Shown piece by piece: positions 29,072 through 38,261 of a DNA stretch of 64,000 bases. Under the pieces are notes generated by a model. That model saw nothing but the letters and a program-made list of their open reading frames with translations, had not been told where the DNA came from and made no database searches. The stretch is taken from the NCBI GenBank assembly GCA_047947115.1, contig CP170459.1, forward strand, positions 3,008,001 to 3,072,000, read 5' to 3'. Each line of letters opens with the position of its first letter. Within the stretch, counting starts at the first letter, position 1. Position numbers and translations under genes: made by a program. The DNA comes from Verrucomicrobiota bacterium (GTDB lineage: Bacteria; Verrucomicrobiota; Verrucomicrobiia; Limisphaerales; AAA164-E04).

Positions 29072-29497
29072 ATGTCAGAACAAACAACCATCCCCGATCA
29101 GGAGGACATCCTGGCAGCCAATGAACGGCTGGAAGCTGAGAACAAACGCTTGTCCGGCGAAATGACCGCCGCGACTGAGTTACTGGAAACCAGTCAGGAA
29201 CAATGCACCAAGGCCCAGGGCCAAGTCGATGAGCTGACCAAGAAGGTCGCCACCTTGGAGATTGCCGCCAAAGCGGCTGGGCAGGAGTTGAAACGCCTCC
29301 AGGATGATAACGCAACCCTTACCACCAAGATGGAGGATTTCAACAAGTCAGTCGCCGCTGAAGTCGCCAAGCTTGGGCTTCGATCCAAGGCGGCGGAGCA
29401 CAAGGAAGTCCCAGAAGATGCCGACCTTACGCCCACCCAACGGGTGATGGCTGCCAAGGGCGTTCAGAGCCTGGCCGAACTACGCCAGAAGCGATAA
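29072..29497 (+). CDS. Coiled-coil scaffold-like protein
   Basis: Heptad-rich, between the protease and capsid genes. Confidence 0.55.
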   Translation: MSEQTTIPDQEDILAANERLEAENKRLSGEMTAATELLETSQEQCTKAQGQVDELTKKVATLEIAAKAAGQELKRLQDDNATLTTKMEDFNKSVAAEVAKLGLRSKAAEHKEVPEDADLTPTQRVMAAKGVQSLAELRQKR

Positions 29498-29533
29498 CCG
29501 ATTTTCAACCATTAAACGAACCAAGACACTTTT

Positions 29534-30559
29534 ATGCCGACAACCATTAGCGATTTGTGGATTCCCGATATTTGGCTCGCAACCATGCGGGAAAAACAGG
29601 CCACCTTTCCCAGTCTCCTCAATTCCGGGGTGGTGGTGGACAATCCCAAGGCCTCGGAGCTTGCCTCCGGACCGGGAGAAGTTGCCACCATCCCGTTTTT
29701 TAAGGACATCACCGACCAGGACGATGAGATCCAGGTCGAGAACGCCGAACCTGCGGTCGATAACAAGATCACCTCGGGCCAAATGAAGGCGGTTGCCTGT
29801 AACCGGGTGACCAAGAGTTCTGCCACGGCATTCTCTGCCCAACTCTCGGGCGAAGATCCCGTGGGCGAAATCTCTGCCCAGATGGTCCAGCGACGGCTCA
29901 AGCAGCGCCAAAAGACTCTCCTTGCCATGGTGCGAGGCGCTTTCGGCTCTGCTGGGGCATCGGGCATCGCTGCACCGCTCCAGGATGTGCGAGTCGATTC
30001 CTTTGATGAGACCGGGGACGATGCCACCGCCGCTCAACTGATGGGTGTTGAGTTGTTCATCAATGCCAAGAGCCTCATGGGCGAACTGGCCGATGACCTG
30101 ATGAATGGTGCCCTCTGGGTGCATCCTACGGTCCTGGCATCCTTGGAATTGGCCGATGAAACCAGTTTTGACAAGGCCTCGCACGGACCTTGGACCATTC
30201 GAACTTACCGGGGTATTCCGATCTACGTGTCTGAATCCCTGGTTCGTCCCGGAACCACCAACGGTTTCGTGTACGAGACCTACCTCCTGGCCAATGGGGT
30301 TGTTGCCAAGGGCGAAAAACCTCAGAAGACCGATGTGGTTGATGTGGCTGCGCTCCAGATGGAGAAGAAGTTTGGGCTCAACAACGAGATCATTTACGAC
30401 CGAACCCGGTTTGTCCTGCACCTAAATGGTATGAAGTGGGTCGGCACGCCTGCGGCTGAAAGCCCAAGCAACGCCGAACTGGGGACTATCGCCAACTGGA
30501 ACCTGGTGCTGACCACTGCCAACCGTGTGGGAGCAGTCTGTATCCGAACCAATGGATAA
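29534..30559 (+). CDS. Major capsid protein (SPP1 gp13-like)
   Basis: TTISDLWIP, SGVV, IPFFKDI, KITSGQ and LSGEDP...I motifs; position in the head module. Confidence 0.85.
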   Translation: MPTTISDLWIPDIWLATMREKQATFPSLLNSGVVVDNPKASELASGPGEVATIPFFKDITDQDDEIQVENAEPAVDNKITSGQMKAVACNRVTKSSATAFSAQLSGEDPVGEISAQMVQRRLKQRQKTLLAMVRGAFGSAGASGIAAPLQDVRVDSFDETGDDATAAQLMGVELFINAKSLMGELADDLMNGALWVHPTVLASLELADETSFDKASHGPWTIRTYRGIPIYVSESLVRPGTTNGFVYETYLLANGVVAKGEKPQKTDVVDVAALQMEKKFGLNNEIIYDRTRFVLHLNGMKWVGTPAAESPSNAELGTIANWNLVLTTANRVGAVCIRTNG

Positions 30560-30564
30560 GGCCT

Positions 30565-30756
30565 ATGGCAAAAGTGGATCCATACCCTGACCCTGTGCCC
30601 TTGGTGGCGCTCAACGTGGCCCGAGTCCAAAAGCTGCAAAGCGAGAAAGGACGCGCCGAGAGGCTTCGCCGATTGGCTCGTCGTAATCGTGATGTGGCCT
30701 GGCTCTTGGGCGAGTTCGAGAACCTGGCCAAGCCAAAGAAAAGCAAGTCCAAGTGA
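30565..30756 (+). CDS. Small hypothetical phage protein
   Basis: Coupled ORF after the capsid gene. Confidence 0.5.
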   Translation: MAKVDPYPDPVPLVALNVARVQKLQSEKGRAERLRRLARRNRDVAWLLGEFENLAKPKKSKSK

Positions 30757-31094
30757 CCGTGACCGAGCAAGCCAGACTGGCTGGCATCGCTGCGCAATTA
30801 AGCGTTCGAGGTCGGCTTTTATCTCACCCTCGAAGCGGAGGGCAGTTTAAGGCCCTGGCCGATCATAGGCCGGGGTTTAAGACCGCTCCCGCTGGCGAAG
30901 GTGAATATGGCTTTGGAACGGAGGAACGCTCTCAGGACAGCTTTTATGCCCTGCGATCTGACTTGGAAGGTATCGAACTGGCCGTTGGGGATGAAGTCAC
31001 CGGGGATGGTTCAAGCAGCTTTCGAGTCATCGCCGTCGAGGACACGCCCAACAACCTCCTGGTGAGATTTACCGTGGAGGTGGCTCGTGCTTGA
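30753..31094 (+). CDS. Putative head-tail joining protein
   Basis: Size, position and a beta-rich GDEV...FRV C-terminus. Confidence 0.55.
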   Translation: MTVTEQARLAGIAAQLSVRGRLLSHPRSGGQFKALADHRPGFKTAPAGEGEYGFGTEERSQDSFYALRSDLEGIELAVGDEVTGDGSSSFRVIAVEDTPNNLLVRFTVEVARA

Positions 31095-31809
31095 TCTATC
31101 GGTCCAGGCAGATGCCTTCAACAATGCCGTCACTCGCTACGTGACGAGCTTGGGCAAGGACGCACGCCAAACCATCCGGTATCAATCGATGCTCCTTGCA
31201 AAGCGGCTGGTTCAGTTTACGCCACCCAAGACACGCTCTCAGGGGCGTAAGGCAGTCAAGCGGGACATCGAACGCGCGGTGACACCGATCCGGCCTTCGG
31301 ACTTTTCGAGTAAGAGCATCCGGAAGCTGATCTGGGCGCGGGATTACGCAGCCTTGGAAGTAATCTTCTCGAGGTTTGAACGGGGGGCCATGGCTGGGTT
31401 TAGCGTCCAGCCGTTTACGCCGGAGCTACACACCAAGCGGCGTGATCGCCGGGGGCGTGTGAGGAAATTGGCCAAGGTGGCCAGTCCGGATGCCAAGGAA
31501 GTAAAGGCCTATGTGGCCGAAGTCCAAACCCGAGTCGGTCGCGGTAAATCCGGTTGGGCGAAGGCTGTGACTCAGCTTGGGGGGAACGTTCCCGCTTGGT
31601 TGACGCAACACTCGGAAACGGGCGTTGTGCAGGACCAAAGCCAAGGCCCTGATCCCTGGGTTCGGATGCGAAACCAAAGCGAGTGGGCACGTGGAGTGGA
31701 TACCGATGTCATCCTTTCCAACGCTCTGCGGGCACGGCAAAGGGACATCGTCAAATCGATTGAGAAAACAATCCGGGACGCATCCCGCAAATCGAGGCTT
31801 AAACGATGA
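31087..31809 (+). CDS. Putative neck / tail completion protein
   Basis: Basic protein with TPP.T and VGR.KSGW; position. Confidence 0.5.
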   Translation: MLDLSVQADAFNNAVTRYVTSLGKDARQTIRYQSMLLAKRLVQFTPPKTRSQGRKAVKRDIERAVTPIRPSDFSSKSIRKLIWARDYAALEVIFSRFERGAMAGFSVQPFTPELHTKRRDRRGRVRKLAKVASPDAKEVKAYVAEVQTRVGRGKSGWAKAVTQLGGNVPAWLTQHSETGVVQDQSQGPDPWVRMRNQSEWARGVDTDVILSNALRARQRDIVKSIEKTIRDASRKSRLKR

Positions 31810-32267
31810 ATTTATGGGATCTGCAATCAGCGGTTAAGGGCACGCTCCAGGGACATGCGACCTTGGGATCGGTTCCGATCCTACTCGATGACGGGACATA
31901 TGACCGGACACCAGGTCGTGAGCTGGCGCTTAAAACCCAAGGCGTGGTGATGATCGTTTGGCAGATCGCAAGTTTTGGGATTGTTGCCCAATCGCGTGAT
32001 GGCGTCGCAGCGCACTTGGTTTATATCCCGGTAGTGATCGAGGAGAACGTGGAACGAAACCGCAATGGAGGTTTGGGCCTTCCATGGGAGAAATTGCTCC
32101 AGCATGGGCTTGAAGCCCTGAGTGGAGCCAAACAGAACAATGTTGAATTTCAGATGCATGACCCAGCTTGGCAGAACTTGGGTAAGATAGACGGGGTCAA
32201 CCGAGTGGTCTTAAACATCCTGGCCACCTCTTACGTGAAACCCGTCGCAACGGGAGGAACCTTATGA
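31806..32267 (+). CDS. Putative tail terminator
   Basis: Position and size only. Confidence 0.45.
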   Translation: MNLWDLQSAVKGTLQGHATLGSVPILLDDGTYDRTPGRELALKTQGVVMIVWQIASFGIVAQSRDGVAAHLVYIPVVIEENVERNRNGGLGLPWEKLLQHGLEALSGAKQNNVEFQMHDPAWQNLGKIDGVNRVVLNILATSYVKPVATGGTL

Positions 32268-32563
32268 AGCATATCGAACGATTTCAAAAACTCACTCACC
32301 TGGCTATCGGCCTGTGGTTGATCCACGGGGTGACGCTCTTTGCCGCCGTGACAGAGACCATTACCCCGGTTGTCCGGGCGGCTGACATCGCCCGGGAAAA
32401 GGATGTGGTGTGGTTGAGTCTTGTCACTGCCATCGTGTCGCTCCTTTTCAGCGCCTGGCTGGTACGGCAGATGGTCAACCAAACCGCTGAAACCATCCGG
32501 GCCATTAACGCTCTTACCCAGGAACTGCGTCAACGTTCTCGGGATTCCAAAACTCAATCATGA
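32264..32563 (+). CDS. Small two-TM protein (holin-like)
   Basis: Two hydrophobic segments and a charged C-terminus. Confidence 0.4.
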   Translation: MKHIERFQKLTHLAIGLWLIHGVTLFAAVTETITPVVRAADIAREKDVVWLSLVTAIVSLLFSAWLVRQMVNQTAETIRAINALTQELRQRSRDSKTQS

Positions 32564-32769
32564 AACGTGCAACCATGCCCGAGGGCAAGCGCCCCATGCA
32601 AATCGAGTTACTCAAAGATCACTGGACCAATGGGAGAAAGTTTGGGGCGGGAACTGTCCTAAGCCTTCCAGAGTCCGTGGCTCGTAACCTGATTGATTGG
32701 GGTGCTGCCCAGGAGGTAGGCAAACAAGCCAAATCCAGCAAACTCACCAAATCTGAAAAGAAAGCATAA
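32560..32769 (+). CDS. Small hypothetical virion-associated protein
   Basis: IELLK...G....GTVL.LPE..A..LI..G.A motif; coupled ORF. Confidence 0.5.
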   Translation: MKRATMPEGKRPMQIELLKDHWTNGRKFGAGTVLSLPESVARNLIDWGAAQEVGKQAKSSKLTKSEKKA

Positions 32770-32772
32770 GCC

Positions 32773-33522
32773 ATGTCTACACCCATTACTTTGGGGCACA
32801 TCGAGGCCCATGAAAAACTAACTGCCCGACTCTTTGTCGAACCAAGCGGTGAGAGCGGATTTATCGACTGCGGGAACGTGGCCGATTACAAGCACGCTCC
32901 CGAAAAGCAGTACAAGACCCGCATGGTGGCCGAGGGTGGCTATCGCCGGGTCAATGACGAACAGGTCGACACGATTCATGATCGCTGGGAGTTTACCCTC
33001 GATGAGATGGACGTGTTCAACCACCGCCTCCTGCACCTGGCCCAATCTCCGACGGCCGTCGTCCAAAGCGCCACCACCGCTCCAGCCGGAACGGCCAGCA
33101 TCACCGGTATTACCAAAGGCCGGTGCTATTTCATCGGTGCGGTCGGCCTGGACACGGTCGTTGTGACCAAGGATGTCACCACGCTCGTTGAGGGAACCGA
33201 CTACACGATTGATCTCAAGGCCGGTGTCATCACGATCTTGCCTGGTAGTGTCACCTTGGTTGATGGGGATGACATTGCGTTGACCTTCGGCAACGTTGCA
33301 GTGGACTTTGAAAGCTACACGGCAAATAGCCAAGTGTTGTTCCGGGGCACGGTTCGCATCCTTGAAACCAACCAATTTAGTGGCGTGCCGCTTCGAGAGA
33401 TCAGTTTTTCAGGAAACCTGAGCATCACCGCTTGGCCTGAGCAGTCCGGTGAGTTCGGCAAATACACAGTCCGAGCCACACCAACCACCGTTCCCACCAT
33501 CAAACGACGTGAGCAGATTTGA
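32773..33522 (+). CDS. Major tail tube protein
   Basis: LF.....GFIDCGNV N-terminus and a VEGTDYTID..AGVITIL insertion; lies before the chaperone and tape measure genes. Confidence 0.7.
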   Translation: MSTPITLGHIEAHEKLTARLFVEPSGESGFIDCGNVADYKHAPEKQYKTRMVAEGGYRRVNDEQVDTIHDRWEFTLDEMDVFNHRLLHLAQSPTAVVQSATTAPAGTASITGITKGRCYFIGAVGLDTVVVTKDVTTLVEGTDYTIDLKAGVITILPGSVTLVDGDDIALTFGNVAVDFESYTANSQVLFRGTVRILETNQFSGVPLREISFSGNLSITAWPEQSGEFGKYTVRATPTTVPTIKRREQI

Positions 33523-33532
33523 TTGAACGATT

Positions 33533-33943
33533 ATGAATAACCTCATTGAACTTTTAAACCCCGTCCAGACCGTTGACCTGGGCGATGAACAGATTGAGGT
33601 CCGTGAAATGCGCTGGGTCGATACTCTTGCTTTCTTGGATAAACTCGCCGGCAGCCTGGAACAGGTGATCGGGTCCCAGAGCATCGGAGATGATGGATCG
33701 CTGCGCCTCAATGGTGAGAAGCTACGCGAGGCCGTCCTCTCAGGTGGAGACCTAGCCAATACGCTGCTTTCACGCTCCACAGGCTTACCTCAGGAACGAC
33801 TCGGCCAACTGACCGCCTCACAGGCTTTGACGATCTTAGAGGCGGCTGTGGCCATCAACTTCCGGGAGCACCTCTTGGGAAAATTTCAAGCGGTCGGAAA
33901 GTCCCTGCAAGGAATGCTCACCGTAGCCAAGCCCACCCGCTGA
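33533..33943 (+). CDS. Tail assembly chaperone (gpG-like)
   Basis: Position; in-frame slippery G GGA AAA at 33877-33883. Confidence 0.7.
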   Translation: MNNLIELLNPVQTVDLGDEQIEVREMRWVDTLAFLDKLAGSLEQVIGSQSIGDDGSLRLNGEKLREAVLSGGDLANTLLSRSTGLPQERLGQLTASQALTILEAAVAINFREHLLGKFQAVGKSLQGMLTVAKPTR

Positions 33944-34095
33944 TCGCTGCGGTGGATTTCCTGGTCTGGCAGGGTTATCCGGCCCCCTGGATCATGGAGC
34001 TGACCTTGCGCCAGTTGATGGCCTACCTGGAAGCCGCTTCCCAGAGGTCGGCCATGACCGCCAAAGCCCTGAGTTCAAATCTCCCCATCGCATAA
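33877..34095 (+). CDS. -1 frameshift extension of the tail chaperone (gpGT-like)
   Basis: The -1 frame is open from the slippery site to TAA 34093-34095 (..LIAAVDFLVWQGYPAPWIMELTLRQLMAYL..). Confidence 0.7.
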   Translation, partial: GKISSGRKVPARNAHRSQAHPLIAAVDFLVWQGYPAPWIMELTLRQLMAYLEAASQRSAMTAKALSSNLPIA

Positions 34096-34104
34096 TAAAT
34101 CAGC

Positions 34105-36534
34105 ATGCCTGCCGATACGGTTGAAGTCGTCGTCAAGTTAAGCGGCCTAAGCGCCGTTCAGGCAGGCATGCGCCGATTGAGGGAAGTGGTCTCCGAGCCA
34201 CTGACCCAAATGGTTGCCCGAGCCCGTAACCTGGTCCTTGGATTGGGGAGCGGGCTCATTGCTGCCTTGTCCCTTCGCCGCCTGACCGCTGAGTTAAACA
34301 AGGCCAGTAACGAAATGGATCGAGCCGGTAAGGCTGGCGAACGTCTCGGTGTCGCTACCGATTACCTGACTGGTCTCGAATACGCCGCCGGTCTGGCTGG
34401 GGCAACAACCGAGAAGCTTCACAATGCTCTGAAGTTCCTGGCCCAATCTATCGAAAGAGAATCGGACGCCTTCGCAACCCTTGGGATCGATGTCCGGACG
34501 GCCGATGGGCATTTCAGGTCCCAGATGGAGATCATGGATGAGGTGGCGAACCGATTCCACTCCATGCCCGATGGAATCCAGAAGACCTCACTTGCCATGA
34601 AAATCTTCGGCGAGGAGGGCCTTAGCATGATCCCGATGCTCAACGCCGGAGCCGAAGGCATCGAACGTCTCAACCAAGAGGCACGCTCCTTTGGGTTGAT
34701 TGTATCACCCCAAGCCGCTGCGGGAGCGGCCGCATTCAACGACAACGTCAGCCGGTTACGTCTGGCGGTCCAGGGATTGGTCCGAACAGCCCTTGCCGAT
34801 CTGCTTCCAGCCTTGGTGCAGCTTACCAACCAGTTGATTGAGTGGATCCGGCAAAATGACGCCATCCAGAAGGGAGCAGAGGCCCTTTCTGAAGCCTTGC
34901 GCTATCTCCTCTTTGACATCCAGGCCATCGTGATCGTTGCACGATTCGCTTGGCGCAGCGTCATGTCTTACCTGCGCGATACCTGGGAGGCTTTTAATGC
35001 CTTTAGCCGATTGTTGGTGCGTGTCTGGCAACAACCTGTCGAGGTCCTGAAACTATTGATTGATCATTTGAAGGTGGCTGTGGCCTCGGTTGGTGATTTA
35101 TCGCAAGCCCTGTTTCTGGTCGCTACGGGAAAGTTCGGGCAGGCCAAGTCCAAGGTCAAGGAAGCGGGAGCCGAGATTGCTGAGTCTTTCAAGAACACCG
35201 GCAAGGGATTGCTCGAAACGTTCTCTGAAACGGGCAAGGCAGTCGGGGATGTTATCTTTGCCAACCTCGACCTGGTCGGTAATCGCTTCACTACGTTCGC
35301 CCAGGAATCCAAAACGGCCCTCCAAGAACTTTGGGATGCCTACGTGGCGATCTGGAAACCCAAACCACTTCCACCATTGACCGAAGGGGATAAGGGGCCG
35401 GTGGATCCTCTGGCATCTATTGGAGACCAGAGGAAGCAGATTGCCGAGCAACTGCGTGAGGCCGAGTTCCAACTGCGCCGACGTAGGCAGGAAATTGCTG
35501 GCCAGATTGCCAAGTTGGACAATGATTTTTCCAAGCGTGAGGCGGACAAGCATCAGCTTCGGATTGGGCTGCTCAAACAAGAGATCGGGCTCCTGGATCA
35601 GGAAATCCGAAAGCTGGAGGAACGTCTTGCGTTGGAGAAGGACGACCAAACCCATCAGGCCCTGACGCAATCCATCCGGGGGCTTGAGGATGAACGTCAC
35701 TCGGTTCAGGGACAGGTCAACCAACTCGAAGGTGCTCCCGATCCTTTTTCTTTTCGCCAGCAGTTCGTGGCCATGATCACGGAGATGGAAGATCGACTCG
35801 GGACTTTTGCTCAATCGATTGCCAGTCATTTTTCCAGTGTCATCGGTAGCGCCATCGATGGCATCGCTCAAGGGATTGAGGGCCTCATCCGTGGGACGAT
35901 GGATTGGGCCGATGCTCTTCGTCATATCGGTTCCTCGATCTTGAACGGCGTCATCTCGGCGATTAGTCGGATGTTCGCCGAGTGGATCGTTAAACGTGCA
36001 CTCATGGCTGCCAAGAACATGGCGTTCAGTCAGGCTGAAGGGGCGGTTGATGCGACAGCCAAGGCCCCCGGTGCGTTGATGACCTCCATCTCCAGTTTCG
36101 GAACCGCTGCGATCCTGGGGACCGCTGCTTTGATTGCCGCCGTGGCCGCCATCAGTGGCGCCTTCGCCGAGGGTGGCATCGTGCGTGGTCCTGGTGGGCC
36201 GAAGGATGACAGCATATTGGCGAGGTTATCCAACGGTGAAGGCGTGCTCAATGCCGAGGCAGTACGCTTCTACGGCGAGGGCCTGGTCCATGCCATGAAC
36301 CAGCGCACGGCTCGATTCTACGCTCCGGATCAGCCGGGAGGATCGTCCCAAGCAGGTAGGCCGTCGGGAACACAGGGAACAGCATTCACTCAGACAAGCA
36401 AAGGTTCGTCCGTTTCCCTGGTTCTGGTGGATGACCGAAAACAAGCCAAGCAGTTCATCGCTTCCAGCGAAGGCGAATCGATGATCATGGACATCGTTCG
36501 ACGCCGACGCCTGGAGGTTGGCATTCCGGGATAA
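34105..36534 (+). CDS. Tape measure protein
   Basis: 809 aa, helical and Ala-rich; AMKIFG..G..MIPMLN and FAEGGIVRGPG..DSILARLSNGE motifs. Confidence 0.9.
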   Translation: MPADTVEVVVKLSGLSAVQAGMRRLREVVSEPLTQMVARARNLVLGLGSGLIAALSLRRLTAELNKASNEMDRAGKAGERLGVATDYLTGLEYAAGLAGATTEKLHNALKFLAQSIERESDAFATLGIDVRTADGHFRSQMEIMDEVANRFHSMPDGIQKTSLAMKIFGEEGLSMIPMLNAGAEGIERLNQEARSFGLIVSPQAAAGAAAFNDNVSRLRLAVQGLVRTALADLLPALVQLTNQLIEWIRQNDAIQKGAEALSEALRYLLFDIQAIVIVARFAWRSVMSYLRDTWEAFNAFSRLLVRVWQQPVEVLKLLIDHLKVAVASVGDLSQALFLVATGKFGQAKSKVKEAGAEIAESFKNTGKGLLETFSETGKAVGDVIFANLDLVGNRFTTFAQESKTALQELWDAYVAIWKPKPLPPLTEGDKGPVDPLASIGDQRKQIAEQLREAEFQLRRRRQEIAGQIAKLDNDFSKREADKHQLRIGLLKQEIGLLDQEIRKLEERLALEKDDQTHQALTQSIRGLEDERHSVQGQVNQLEGAPDPFSFRQQFVAMITEMEDRLGTFAQSIASHFSSVIGSAIDGIAQGIEGLIRGTMDWADALRHIGSSILNGVISAISRMFAEWIVKRALMAAKNMAFSQAEGAVDATAKAPGALMTSISSFGTAAILGTAALIAAVAAISGAFAEGGIVRGPGGPKDDSILARLSNGEGVLNAEAVRFYGEGLVHAMNQRTARFYAPDQPGGSSQAGRPSGTQGTAFTQTSKGSSVSLVLVDDRKQAKQFIASSEGESMIMDIVRRRRLEVGIPG

Positions 36535-36539
36535 CGTCT

Positions 36540-37514
36540 ATGTTGGTTGAAACGTATGACAATCATGTAGTGATCCCGCACTTACCAGACTGGTCCTCGC
36601 CGGTTGAATGGACAAGGGGCTGGCAGAATGAGGTCGGCGATTGCCTCGATGGATCGGAAGAACGCCTGGCCATGCGCTCAAAGGGGCGACATGCCTTGAG
36701 GTATCTGGTTCAACCCTACGACCTGGTTGAGCGTGCCGCTTTGGTGGAACGTCTGCGTGCAGCCAAGAAGACCGGTTTGATGGCTGTTCCCTTTTGGGGA
36801 CGTGGGATGCGCTTACAAGAAGCCAGCGAAGGATCGGATACCCTCACACTGTCCGCTGAACCCGTCTGGGCCTTTGGGGATAATGATCCCATTTTCTTTT
36901 GCTCGCCCAATGCCGATGAACACGACCTGTGGGAAGTGAGGCAAATCATTTGGTTGGATGGTGTGACCATGACCTTGGATTTGCCGCTGACCCGCTCCTA
37001 TTCATCGGGTTGGTTCTGCTGGCCTATGATCCTGGGGCACGGGAGCTGTTCTGATTTTGAACTACCCAGCGACTGGCATTGCGCCGTGAGTATCGAGGTG
37101 CGCCAATTGAAGGTGCGCGATAATCCAGTCCTGACATCACTTGAACCAGATGGTTGCGAGATCCCCATGACCTTGCCTGGAGGTGGGGATAGCTTTGATT
37201 GCTACACCCCAGAGAATCCCGTGTTCACGCCGCTCGATCATGGTGCTGGCTGGACGGGGGCTTGGGCATTTGAACAATCACCCTTTGGTGTCATTGCCTT
37301 GGATGGCTTTGATACTTACTCGCCCCAAGATCCGGTGACACAGCCACTGCAAGGCGGTTCGGGTTGGCTGACTGCCTGGGCCTTTGAAGACCAGCCGCAG
37401 GAATTTAGCGCATTCGACTCTTTTGAAACCTACTCGCCCGAGAACCCCATTACCCAAACCTTGAGCGGTGGGGATGAATGGAACGGTTCCTGGGCCTGGG
37501 AACCTGAAATATGA
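36540..37514 (+). CDS. Distal tail-like protein with three 38-aa C-terminal repeats
   Basis: PDWSSPV...GSEERLA.R N-terminus; repeats begin at 37188, 37302 and 37416. Confidence 0.6.
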   Translation: MLVETYDNHVVIPHLPDWSSPVEWTRGWQNEVGDCLDGSEERLAMRSKGRHALRYLVQPYDLVERAALVERLRAAKKTGLMAVPFWGRGMRLQEASEGSDTLTLSAEPVWAFGDNDPIFFCSPNADEHDLWEVRQIIWLDGVTMTLDLPLTRSYSSGWFCWPMILGHGSCSDFELPSDWHCAVSIEVRQLKVRDNPVLTSLEPDGCEIPMTLPGGGDSFDCYTPENPVFTPLDHGAGWTGAWAFEQSPFGVIALDGFDTYSPQDPVTQPLQGGSGWLTAWAFEDQPQEFSAFDSFETYSPENPITQTLSGGDEWNGSWAWEPEI

Positions 37515-38257
37515 AAGCCATTGTTAATCGAACCATCGCCGGAGTATCGGACAACGTCTTACGCCTCTCCCAAGAAGGCGCCATCCGCCCATTGGAAGTC
37601 GGATCAAACTGGACCAAGCTCTGCGTGGGTGTTCGTTGGTCCATAGGTGATGACGTCAACGTCCCGACCGGGTTTCGAATCCATTTTGGATTGGCCTCAG
37701 CCGGTGTGGGCATCTTCGGAACAACGGGGCACGCACTCTTTGCCCGATCCAACCCGGCAACCGCCTGGGCCAATTACGCGGATGGAACTTGCTGGCATGA
37801 TTACATCAGTTCCTTCTTTGCCCGTGCGTTCGGCAACCTTTACAAACGTGTCAATACCACTGAAACGAGTCTTGTGACCAAAGTCATGACTTCCACCAAC
37901 GGCATCATCGCAAACCGGATGCCAAGGCCTACGCTTGGGGTTGCCACAGCCTGCTTCCTGGTTTTTACCAAGGGCGCCACATGGACGCTGGACACGATCT
38001 TTAACGCAGACGCGGAAACTGTGACCACATGGAAGACCAAGTTCAATTGCAGTCAACAGACTTTCATCGAGGCGGGGGAAGCGTTGTCCGTTTCCAATGC
38101 TTTGACGTTCCTTGGCTCAGGTTTTCAAACCAAGCAATACACTGGGCTATCGGTCAACGAGGCCGCCGATGGTTACCTGACCGAGGTTGTGGTCGGAGCG
38201 ACGCACTCGGGAAGTTACCTCGATGTGTCGGACATCATGGTTGCCAAATGGGCATAA
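37511..38257 (+). CDS. Tail-associated hypothetical protein
   Basis: Beta-rich ORF coupled within the tail operon. Confidence 0.55.
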   Translation: MKAIVNRTIAGVSDNVLRLSQEGAIRPLEVGSNWTKLCVGVRWSIGDDVNVPTGFRIHFGLASAGVGIFGTTGHALFARSNPATAWANYADGTCWHDYISSFFARAFGNLYKRVNTTETSLVTKVMTSTNGIIANRMPRPTLGVATACFLVFTKGATWTLDTIFNADAETVTTWKTKFNCSQQTFIEAGEALSVSNALTFLGSGFQTKQYTGLSVNEAADGYLTEVVVGATHSGSYLDVSDIMVAKWA

Positions 38258-38261
38258 GCAA

